A stretch of DNA of 63,415 bases, counting the filler, from Asterionella formosa (Eukaryota): NCBI GenBank assembly GCA_002256025.1. It is 8 parts of 8 records of this genome, joined end to end, with 100 filler letters (N's around TTAATTAATTAA, not from the genome) between each part and the next. Parts side by side here need not be neighbours in the genome. Positions count along the whole stretch, not along the records: positions 1 to 26,505 come from NKIB01001699.1; positions 26,606 to 53,092 come from NKIB01001709.1; 6 more parts are not named here. One strand, given 5' to 3'. The notes beneath the pieces are model-generated. The model was not told where the DNA came from, searched no databases, and was given only the letters and a program-made list of their open reading frames with translations. Below are positions 22,644 through 33,216 of the stretch, in pieces (position 1 is the stretch's first letter; each line of letters begins with the position of its first letter). A program made the position numbers and the translations under genes.

Positions 22644-24296
22644 ATGCCGGAACAAGCAACCACTCATGTAGATCCACAGTTGCTAAGTAAGGCGATGACA
22701 GCCTTAATGAAGCATCACGACAGTAATGCCTCCGAAACATCACTTTTGGGAGACGAAAAAACTCTACTAGTTCAGTTTTCCTTGAACCGCGTTCCAGAGT
22801 CGGCTTCGCCTAAACCAATTCCCATTCTCCTCCCGCACGCTCTTTACAAGCTTGATGATGACGCAGAAGGCGTCCAAGAGCCTGAAGTATGCATCATCGT
22901 TAAGGAAGACTCCAAAGCTTGGGTACAAGAGATGATTCAGCAATTCCCAGAACACCTTGGTTTTGTCAAAAAGGTCCTTGGTTTGACCTCACTTCGCAAA
23001 AAGCATGCTCGCTATGAACAGCAGCGAGATCTGCTAGCTCGATACGACGTGTTTATGGCTGATGACCGTATCTTGCCCATGTTGGCCAAGTGCATCGGAC
23101 GAAATTTCTTCCAAGCCAAGAAGCAACCAATTCCCATTCGACTCACTAGAAAACAGGCTCTGCCATATGTTATTCTACAATCCCTGAAGTCGACTCATTT
23201 GTTTATATCTGAAGGGACTTGCATTACTATTCGGTAAGTTGAGAAAGAAATTTTCTCGGAACATTGCTACTGTTGTTTTTGTCGTCCTGACTTCTCCTTC
23301 TTTTGGTTTCCCTCGTTGTCTAGTGCCGGAAACACTGCCATGCCCCTGACCAAACTAATTGAGAATGTAGCAACCATTGTTGAATCGGCTCCTTTGAAAT
23401 TTCCTCGCAAATGGTCTAACGTACGATCTATTAGTATCAAGACGTCAAGCTCCATGGCGCTTCCCATTTATAACAAAACGCCTGAAGAACTTGCAGAAAT
23501 CACCAAAATGGCTGGCATTGAGGAAGTAGTTGATGAACAACAGCTAGCTCTTGAAGAAGAACAGAACAAAGTGACCAAATCTGAGAAAAAGAAGAGAAAA
23601 GCCAAGAGCCCGCTTGTAAAAGCTTTGAAGCAGATGGAAGGCTCAAGTGAACCCGAGGCACAGGAGGGTCCAACAAGCAAAAGGGCCAAGACTGTTCAAC
23701 AAAAGACCACGATCAAGAAGGTCGTCGATGGCAACCACACGCCAACCGAGGCTCCAATGGTCGCTGCAAACAAAACTCTGAAGAACCGGTCCAACGAAGT
23801 AATCAAGGCAGGATCCAAGGCTACTGAGATCAAGGCGGGAAAGGAAAAGACAAACAAAACTGCCAAGAAAGCACCAAAAGTCGAGAAGGCCATTGAGTCC
23901 ATGAAGGAGCAGAATGAGACATCCACCAAAGCCAATGAAAGCGAAGTGGTGGTAAAGGGAATGGTAGATAAAGCTGCCAAAGTGGTCAACAAGGACATGG
24001 AAAGTAAAAGGAAGCGAAACGAAAGCAACGAGAAAACTACAGATCTGAAAGCCAAATCAGAAAAGAAGGTGAGGAAAGACACTGAAGACAAGCAAGAGTT
24101 TATTGTGGCGGCAAAATTTAAAGGTTCTAAGACAGGATATGTGTTTCGAAAGGGACCGCAGGGAGTGGGGTACTATGTTGATATCAAGCCTGTGGTTGAT
24201 AAGATAGCTATGCAAGCACTCATACGAATGGGCAAGTCATCACCAGGTGGAGGGAATGGTGGATCAGGCAAGAAGGGCAAGAGGGGCCGAAGATAG
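22644..24296 (+). CDS. RSL1D1: Ribosomal L1 domain-containing protein (RSL1D1/Utp30/Cic1 family); intron 23234-23323
   Basis: ILLPHAL, VCIIVK, YDVFMADDRILPML, GRNFFQAKKQP, WSNVRSISIKTSSSMALPIY, then a K/E-rich tail. The GT-AG intron joins the two ORFs in frame. Confidence 0.9.
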
Positions 24297-24730
24297 ATAC
24301 CTTGATAAAATGCATTGTGGAATTAGATATTTAGTATTTGAGGAAAATGGGTCACTGCCACAGGCATGGGGAAACATGCTTAAAAATAGTCCACGTCCAC
24401 TTGGTAAGCCTTGAGTGGTAATGCCACAGAGCTTATGGGGAGTTTCCTTGTAGCATCATACAGTGGAGCATAACTTTACCATCAAATGCAAGTACTACCG
24501 GGTAGGTACGACAAGATAATGAGGATAATACAATTTTTTACAACTCGTAAGTAAATATAAGACATATAGCGGAATATTGTACAATAAATATAAATATATA
24601 TTAAACATACACGTAATGTCTGCGTATGTAGTATCGTCAATTGACCCAAACACAGCAATAGAAATGCACAATTGTTTCAGTTTCACTTTGCCTTTCTCCA
24701 AAGCCTCGCGATCTGTTCGTCCTGTCCGAC

Positions 24731-26041
24731 ATGAAGTCAGCTTCTAGCACTAATCGTTCCAAGGCCGGCGATATCGCATTATGGATAACCTACATCAACA
24801 TCGTTTTGTATGCGCTGTGTTATCAGCTTCAGCGGCCAGTTGAACCATTCTTGATTAAATCCCTAGCAGAAGACCACGATGACCCAAAGGTTGTCAGTCA
24901 GTACTATGGTCGCCTTGAAGCTTTCTTCTCCATTATTCAAACAATTGGTAGTCCATTGGTCGGTATTCTCCTTGATCGTGCTGGAATTCGCAAAACATCA
25001 GCTTTAGTGTTCCTGAGTTCAGCCCTCAGCTACGGGATTTTGTCCCAAGCCAACACGATGACCATGCTTTTCTTGAGTAAAGTCCCCACCGCCTTGCAAC
25101 ACGCGTTTCTGGTCGCCCAAGCGACTGCCGCTACCTCGACTGGAAGCAATGCTGCTGCCAGAGCTCAAGCGTTGGGCCGAATGACAACCGCTTATACCAT
25201 TGGCGCAACCGTTGGTCCTGCTCTCGGAGGATATCTGGCGGGCTTAGGAGACTTATATCTGGGAGCCAAGATAGCAATTTTTGGATCGTTGATTTCAGTC
25301 TTGTTGTCTTTGCTATTTTTGCCCAACGAGCACGCGCCTTCGGAGCAGGTAGATTTAGCTATGGTCGGCAAGCGAAGGAGTTTCCTCCAAGAGCTGCACA
25401 ATTCGTACCAAATTGCCTTGAGGTCGAACCTTTGGCCACTTCTAACGGTGAAGGTCGTTGGTGGATTCGCCGCGAGTATGTACTCGACGGCTCTTCCCAT
25501 GGTTTTGACCCAAAAACTACATTTTGAACCCTCGCAATTGGGTCTCAGCATGTCCACCAGTATGTTCACAATTGCCGCTTTTGGGGCTGTTGCCATGGCG
25601 CCTCTGGTGAAGTGGATGGGACCACCAGGTATGGCCCAAAGTGGCCTCTTGGGGAGAGCATTGTTGGCCAGTCTGGTTGCCATGATCGTGACGACAGCAG
25701 TCGGAAATACAGAGATCGTCATGTTGCGGGTCATTGGTTGTGGCGTCCTACACGCTTTGGCAAGCCACGTTTTGGCTACAGGACTGACGACACAAACGAC
25801 AGGGGCAGTTGACAAGACAGAACAAGGCGCATTGTTGGGACTGGAGCATGGTCTTTTCAGTTTAGCGAGAATCGGAGCTCCACCTCTTGGAACTACCCTT
25901 CTAGGGACCGTTGGAGGATTCTGGACTGTGGCGATAGTTTGTGGTTCTGTTGACGTGGCCTTGGTGTGCATCTTGATTTCCACGGCAGCGCAAACAGCGC
26001 AAGCCAGAACAACAAAAGAACATGAAGTGCACTCCGATTGA
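24731..26041 (+). CDS. Major facilitator superfamily transporter (SLC22A18/TetA-like)
   Basis: About 12 hydrophobic segments; motif A-like GILLDRAGIR; GATVGPALGG; EQGALLG. Confidence 0.9.
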   Translation: MKSASSTNRSKAGDIALWITYINIVLYALCYQLQRPVEPFLIKSLAEDHDDPKVVSQYYGRLEAFFSIIQTIGSPLVGILLDRAGIRKTSALVFLSSALSYGILSQANTMTMLFLSKVPTALQHAFLVAQATAATSTGSNAAARAQALGRMTTAYTIGATVGPALGGYLAGLGDLYLGAKIAIFGSLISVLLSLLFLPNEHAPSEQVDLAMVGKRRSFLQELHNSYQIALRSNLWPLLTVKVVGGFAASMYSTALPMVLTQKLHFEPSQLGLSMSTSMFTIAAFGAVAMAPLVKWMGPPGMAQSGLLGRALLASLVAMIVTTAVGNTEIVMLRVIGCGVLHALASHVLATGLTTQTTGAVDKTEQGALLGLEHGLFSLARIGAPPLGTTLLGTVGGFWTVAIVCGSVDVALVCILISTAAQTAQARTTKEHEVHSD

Positions 26042-26323
26042 CTAGCTGTGGAAGGACGTATCAATCTGTTAAAGTCGAAAAGGAGCACCGGTAGCTCGTA
26101 AATGATGTTGTTATCCGGGCGATTTGTTCACCGAAAGTATTGGTGTCCCTTGCTCGTGGACGAGCCGAAACGTTGGTTGTGCACTTCGTGTTATTTCTGG
26201 TTAATCCTCTCGCCACACACAAGAAACAAAAACCAATCAAGTATACATAGACAGAAGTGACATGGTGTAGACTTTTGTTAATAATCTTTAATGTTCAATT
26301 TCAACTAGAAATGAAATATCTTG

Positions 26324-26505
26324 TCACTCATCGTCGATGAAACCCTGTCCACCAAACATGGTGTCCAGCAAGGAGTCTACTTTCTCCGGGGGAAATTTCA
26401 AGTATTCGTTTTGATTCTTCTTGGAGAAACGGAAACGAGAGTACTTGTCGTAAAACTTTTCGTAACGATTCAAGAAAACCTTCTTGACATCGGCTTGAAG
26501 TTCGC
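26324..26505 (-). CDS. EXO70: Exocyst subunit Exo70, C-terminal fragment (remainder in the gap)
   Basis: Manual translation ELQADVKKVFLNRYEKFYDKYSRFRFSKKNQNEYLKFPPEKVDSLLDTMFGG...stop matches the Exo70 C-terminal pattern Y..FY.KY....FSK....Y.K..PE.V. Confidence 0.75.
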
Positions 26506-26605
26506 NNNNNNNNNNNNNNNNNNNNNNNNNNNNNNNNNNNNNNNNNNNNTTAATTAATTAANNNNNNNNNNNNNNNNNNNNNNNNNNNNNNNNNNNNNNN
26601 NNNNN

Positions 26606-26772
26606 CTAGACCATAGACTAGACCATAGACTAGACCATAGACTAGACCATAGACTAGACCATAGACTAGACCATAGACTAGACCATAGACTAGATCATAG
26701 ACTAGATCATAGACTAGATCATAGACTAGACCAGAGACTATACTATACTATACCATAGACTAGACTAGACTA
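26606..26772 (+). repeat. 12-bp minisatellite (CTAGACCATAGA)n, decaying to CTAGA/CTATA 5-mers; runs into a gap
   Basis: Directly visible, more than 10 copies. Confidence 0.95.
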
Positions 26773-26779
26773 TGCCAAA

Positions 26780-27470
26780 GTTTGTATGCCAGTCCCTTCA
26801 ATGGTGAATTTTCCTATCGTTGCACCAAGGTACCGTGACAGTGGGCCCACATCCTTAAGACGATAGTTTAAGGACTCAAGCTCAAGTTGCTTGAAAAATT
26901 TTGATAGCTCTTTGGATAGGCAGAGTACATCGTCAACATACACCAGAACATTTTCATAGTACTAGTGGTCCCCTGTCGATTTGGTTGCAGGGCTCATCCA
27001 AACATCTTGGTCAGCTTATGTACTAGTAGGACTAAAATTCATGTCTCATACTAGAGTATGAGCAAAGTGTGAGCGCCATGCTACCACAGAGCTCTTCAGG
27101 CCTTATGATGCCCTCACAATGATAATTGTTTTCCCTTTATCAATGTTGAATACAAGGCCAGCTGTTGTATACATATTTTCATTTGTTTTGGCATGATTGT
27201 GATACTCATTTCTCACATCAGCTGCATGTATATCGAGTCCATTCAGAGCCACTGTTAGCTAGTAGTAAGGCTAGGCATACACTTTCCCTGGAGAATGCTG
27301 AGCAAGGCATAGGTCATCTCAGTTGGTGGGTCAGTCTACTAGGTGGGCCTTTTGTGTTGAAATCCATCTTTACATCAAAGATCAGTCTTGGCAGGTCCAC
27401 TTGAACCCAGGTGGCGATTTTTCATGTTTTCCCCAGATATCAAAGGCAATCTGTATGCACATTTGTCATT
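26780..27470 (-). mobile_element. Decayed copia reverse-transcriptase fragment
   Basis: Minus-strand remnants IFDVKMDF, GLKSS..AWRSHFA, DQDVWM.PA and YYENVLVYVDDVLC, with stops. Confidence 0.85.
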
Positions 27471-27823
27471 TCATTGATTCTTATGCACTATACTAGCGGG
27501 TGGTAGCTGGTACTCCGTACCAGATAGTACACCAGGTACCACACAGTACTCCTAAACGAGGTACTCCGTTCATGGTAATTTGACAGGTAATCCTGCCAGG
27601 TATACTACGTGTAGTATACCGGAACTATAATTACACGACGGCATGATTGTGGTTCGCATGTTGCTAAGGATATTTTCATTTGGTAGAACAAAATCGCTTA
27701 GTATGACCGACTCCCGCTCTCGAAGACCGGTACAAAGATCACAACCCTTTCTAGCAACGGTATTACTACTATTTCCGTAGAGCTGTTCACTCCTGATTCC
27801 TCGGTAGTTCCTTTAAGCAGTTT

Positions 27824-29936
27824 ATGAGCTCGACTCGCAAGCGAGGCACCCCAATCAAACCTTTGCACTTCCCAGCATCGTCTTATTCCTCCCCACACTT
27901 TCCTTTCTACAAAGGATCGCAACAACGCAACATGCTCCGAAGCACACGCGACGACGATAATGACTCATTAAAGTCAGTTGAAAGTGAGAAGAAGCGAAAC
28001 CGCGAGTCTACATCGTTATTGGCACCTATAATAGATTATGACGACGAGGAGGAGGACAAGGTTAGCAAATTGAAGAGTCAAGCGATGAAGTTTGCAAGGA
28101 CCGTCAACAAGGACCACCTTAAGACGTTTGGGTTTATTGCCATTATTTGTTTTCTCCTCCTTCGGTTGAGTGCCACTTCTCCACCACCTCCACAGGGGCG
28201 CGTTACGAAAAAGTCGGCAAAAGGTTTACGCAACCATATTGACAAGAACACAGGAGGCAAGCGCAAGAAGAAGCGTTACTACGGCGAGGAAGGCGAGGAA
28301 TATGAAGACAACGACGATCAGCCAAGGAAGAAGAATCCATCATCGGTTTCTTTCCCTCCAATTTTGTATCAACTTCCGCCAAACAGTGATCCAGGTGGTA
28401 TTCAATTATACCGACAGCAGGAACAGCCACCCCCACCCCCAATGTTATATTCTCAACAAGGTGGACTTATGCAGCAGCAACAGTTTATGCCTCAACAAGG
28501 TAACATGATGACAATGCATCAAGGTGGTATGCTTAGGCAACCACCACAGCTGTTTCATCAGCAAGATGGTATCGTAATGCAACAAGAAAATCACGATCAA
28601 AGTACACCGCAAAATGGCATCTTACAGCAGCAAGAACAACAAATCCAACAACAACTTGCGCTTCTTAAGCAGCAGCAGGAGTTGCTTTTAGCTTTGCAAC
28701 AACAGAACCCTGTCCTAGCTTTGCAACAGCAAGCTGGTGCAGTTTCATCAGATTTTCCCGATACCGTTCTTGCGGCTACGCTACCTTCAACGACGATGAC
28801 GACACCTGTTGATCCGAACCGCCCCACCAACTCTGACATGGCAAAATTAGAAAAAGAAATTACGCTGTCGGAATTGGGAAACTTTGCGGAAACTTGGGAC
28901 CCTTACGACGCAAAGTTGAACCCTATCTTTTGGCACATTCCAAAGGCCGGGGGGAGCTCGGTGAAGGATGTCATTGGATCCTGTCACCGCCATGTAATGG
29001 CGACTGAGTTCGGCGTTACAGACGGCCACGGCGCAGATACTGAAATTGCAATTGTCTACCCAAAGGCTCCAGGTGCTGTTGCGGGTGATCGCTCCCCTTT
29101 TGTCAATGTGGATACAACTACCGTTGCGGGAATCGCACGCGCGAAGCAAATGGGATTTGCCGACTCTGGCCTTGCCCAGTGTGTTGTGACGCCCTTTCTG
29201 TGGGAAGCAAATGAATTGTTTACACCGACGGCCAAAGGGCGCTTGTTTGCTGTCTTCCGTCATCCTGTTGGTACGTTTTATGATGTTGTCACATCAAGTG
29301 AATATTGAATGTCATCTTCTTGCACGTTTTACTCACGGTCTCCTTTTTCGTGAAGAGCGCGCAGTTTCCATGTTTTACTACATTCAAGTGGCAGACTGGG
29401 AACCTTCCTACGCTCCTGAATTGAAATCATGGACATTGGAACAGTACGCTAGGTCGGAAAAGATTGAAAACAATTGGATGACTCGTCAGTTGGCTAACCA
29501 GCCTGGAGGTGAGCTGACTGATTACCATTTGAAGATTGCAATGGAAGTGATCCGACGCAAGTTTTTGGTCGGCACCATGAAGAAGTTGGAAGAAAGCATG
29601 ACACGCTTTGAACAATTTTTCCAATGGAAATATCATGTGAACCCTCCAAATCAGGAGGCCTGTCGCAAGAGACTCACTGGGGGCGGATCGAACTCTAACG
29701 CGGCGAATAAGAAGGAAAAGCCGAAACCCGGCGATCCCGTGTGGGAGGCCATAGCCGATTCAAATTTGTTCGATATCCAGGTATATGAATATATCGAATC
29801 ATTATTCGAGGAACAAGCAGCTTTTGTCCAAGGTATGCCGGCAAATTTTCGGGAGATTGATGCTACATGTTGCAAGTGTGATCCTCCGACGTATCCCCCA
29901 GAAGGCTTCACTTGCCCGAAAGTAATTCCGAACTAA
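27824..29936 (+). CDS. Type II membrane sulfotransferase-like protein with a Q-rich stem; intron 29271-29355
   Basis: Single TM segment (FGFIAIICFLLL). 5'-PAPS-type loop FWHIPKAGGSS. 3'-PAPS-type motif FRHPV|ERAVSMFYY is restored by splicing. Confidence 0.85.
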
Positions 29937-30129
29937 GTAGTATGGGTAGAAAGAAATGAGATCTCCAAAGATACTTTTAAATATATATTAAATATCCTAT
30001 CTTGAAACTTCATTTGTACACTCATCAATGTCTTTGAAATATCAGACAAATCATGAGAAAACAGTATTTCAAGTCTATAGCAGAAAATTATTACACACTA
30101 TAGTGACATTATGTTATGTTATCAACAAA

Positions 30130-32312
30130 CCTTTTGTGCGAAGGCCTTTCATCCTGATACTCCGTTGCAACTGAGCAGTGACACCTGGTTCCAAGTTCAT
30201 TCGCATTGACGTGTGACTTGATTCAAACCGAATCCAGTCTTGTTCCCTATGAATTGCATTGTCTAGCTCGGAAAACATGGAACGACCTTGGTGATTGGAT
30301 CCCCTTTTAATAGAGTGCCGTAGGCCATTCGGTGAACTAAACCTGCCAATTACTTTGTCTCTATTGGATTAGATTCCAAAACTTCTGCAATGTAGGCATT
30401 GAGGGGTTCCGTGGTAAGTCGCCCAATTCCATCCGTCTCATGGTAATTGCCCTTGATTGTCGGTAGTTGTGGCCACGTCCTTCTTCATTCTCCAGTTCCA
30501 GCTCCCGCATATCGACAGCCAAGATACAACCAATGAATAGAACAGAAAATGAATGACAGAGGGAGAGGCGCTATCTGACCCTGAGGTGAGCATGAAATGG
30601 TAGAAATCAGTCGAACGAGAATCACCAAGGACATGAAATATTCCGAGATAGCCGACTAAACTTATGTTGCAAATCATCCACAAACAAAACAATAGGTTGG
30701 ATATCCGCAACAATGTTCAGAAAATTCGTTAGTACTGACTTCAACTGCTTAAAGTTTGTGTTTGCAGCAACTTTGAAATTTCTCGGACGAGCCTTCCAAC
30801 ACTTCCCCTTCACCCAATACTGTGGCAAATTGAGGAATCAGGTCAATCAACACATCCTTGTCGTTTCCCAAGCCCTCTCTCAAGGCCAGCTGCAAAGTCT
30901 TGTCGTTCGAAGGCAGAAAGTGGCCCATCCTTGTCGTTTCCCAAGCCCTCTCTCAAGGCCAGCTGCAAAGTCTTGTCGTTCGAAGGCAGAAAGTGGCAGA
31001 GTTCATCCAATGCATCGATAAAGGGAGGTAGCGGTCTCGGCAAGACATCAAACTTTCCAGAAATGAAGTATGCTTGGTTGCACAAGGAGTTCTTGAGCAA
31101 ATGTATGAGAGCTGTCTTGCCTTTTACCAGGATCGAACAAGAAATACATTGTGAATACTAGAATGTCGGAGATGAACACCAGACAGCCTGTTTGTCTGAA
31201 GGAACCGGACTTTATCATGTATCAACGTGTAGTAACGACTCACCTGTCCCACTAAATCATAGTCAGTGTGGGGCATTTGAGTATCACAAGTGCTACTGAA
31301 GACATCCCGAAGTTGTGCAACTTCCTTATCTCTCCCGTACAATTGTCCAGTTGCAAAGTGTTCCTGCTGTAATTCTTATCATCATCTTCCTTGTTCTTGA
31401 TTTAGCATTTTCGATTCTCATTGCAGCTATTTTTGCAGTCGTTGTTCTGGTTTCCGCATTTGGAGTTGTCGCCTTTTCATTCATTGATTGTGTTGTTCCA
31501 CTTTCCGCATTTTGAGAGTTTCGTTCTATTGTTGCCTTTCATTCCTTGTTCTAGTCGTTATACCTGTTGCCGCCTTTTCATTTGTTGTTGCAGTGGTGGC
31601 TCTGGTTTCCACATCGCCTGGAATCTTTCCTGGTGCTACTGTCCTCGCGTTTTCATCATTCCTTGTTGCACTTGTTGCTCCGGTTTCTGCATAGATTGGA
31701 GTTGTGCCTGTGGTCTCCTTTTCATTCGTTGTTGCTATTGTTGCTCCGGTTTCTGCATCGACTGGAGTTGTACCTGTGGTCTCCTTTTCATTCGTTGTTG
31801 CTGTTGTTGCTCTGGTTTCCGCATCGACTGGAGTTGTGCCTGCAGCTGCCGCCTTTTCATTCATTGTTACCGTCGTTGCACCAGTTTCCGCATCGACTTG
31901 AGTTGTACCTGGTCTCCTTTTCATTCGTTGTTGCCGTCGTTGCTCTGGTTTCCACATCGACTGGAGTTGTGCCTGCAGGCCGCCACCTTTTCATTCATTG
32001 TCGCCGTCGTTGCTCCGGTTTCCGCATCGACTTGAGTTGTGCCAGCTACCACCTTTTCATTCCTTGTTGCAGTTGTTGCCACGGTTTTGGCATTTCGAGT
32101 TGTACCTGCAGCTGTGTAATACCCAAAAAGCTACAGCATTGAAATGTGTGCGAATGGATTCTCTCATTCTCTGTGCAACACCACTGCTGTTGACAGTGGC
32201 TTTGCCATCATTGGATGAAGTTAACAATAGAAACGTATGAGAATTCACTCACCACATACTCTTTGTCGCTACTGTCTTCATTCCGATTCTTCTTCTTCTT
32301 CGAAGAACTCAT
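30130..32312 (-). pseudogene. Disrupted AAA_16/STAND-like ATPase gene with an N-terminal repeat region
   Basis: LYGRDKEV, frameshifted Walker A GKGKT, ISGKFD and Walker B IVLFVDDLQ are scattered over frames. A 73-bp frameshifting duplication lies at 30853-30997. Boundaries are approximate. Confidence 0.7.
31560..32110 (-). repeat. ~66-bp tandem repeat (about 8 units) encoding GTTPVDAETGATTATTNEK-like peptides
   Basis: Recurring CCTTTTCATTC...GGTTTCCGCATCGACT(G/T)GAGTTGT(A/G)CCTG units. Confidence 0.9.
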
Positions 32313-33216
32313 GTCGAATCAGATGTACTTTTCCAGTATACAAGTACAAGATGAATGACTGCGAACAATCAATAGATTTGGTTGTGCATTGACTTATCTT
32401 GAAGATTCACTGCATGTAGGCTACAGGGAAGAATTTGACAGAACAGATTGCTATCACTTAATCATCCTACCGGTAGTGCTGCTATATAAATAGATCTAAG
32501 TTTTGATAGATAAAAGGGGTTACATAGGATGAATCATGAGGCCTGCGTCACAAATATATATACTTAAAGCTAATTTAATTTGAAGAACAAATTTATTCTC
32601 CAGATTTTGAGTGCTCATATCATTTCAGCTGAATGTAAAAATTCAGCTGAAATGACGTAACAAGTCGACAGTCGATATACCGGTAGTCTAAATAATACAC
32701 TGTACATGTGTACATACTGTAAATACATAATACGGTACCAGGTACCAGTAGTTTTACCGGGTCGTTGTTGCTACTTATGATGATGCTGGCTGTTACTTTT
32801 GCTTCGAGCCACCCCTCTATTGCCTGGTCATTGTTGTGTTTTCTTGACGTTTCCCTGTTTTGAAGAATAAAATTAGCATAAAACCTAGTACGTCACTAAA
32901 TGGTGATCACCATGCGCATACAGACGATTTTAAAGAGTGAATTGATGACGTTTTCTAAGTAACAAACGCCTGTCCTGCGTCACGTTATGAATTTCAGCAA
33001 AATGACCGCAACTTGCAGGTACATGACGTACCAGGTACCTTTCCCACGTGGACACAAATCTGCTTCGTCGTCGACACAAATCTCGTTCGATTGCCTTCAT
33101 TTCCGTGTGCAGCAGTGAACCCGAGACTAGCATTGGTTGCATCCATAACATACCACCCCTCTAGCTAAACGTCCCTCTACCGATTCCGATATCAGCAACT
33201 ATAGCCACTCCTCAAC

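Noticed and set aside
25192..26088. 298-aa minus-strand ORF
   Set aside because: Antisense shadow of the MFS transporter; no recognisable motifs.
26606..26772. Possible telomeric repeat
   Set aside because: The unit CTAGACCATAGA lacks the G-rich TTAGGG-like pattern and is internal to the scaffold.
31421..32240. Plus-strand Cys-rich and Leu/His-rich ORFs
   Set aside because: Antisense or alternative-frame readings of the 66-bp tandem repeat belonging to the minus-strand ATPase pseudogene.
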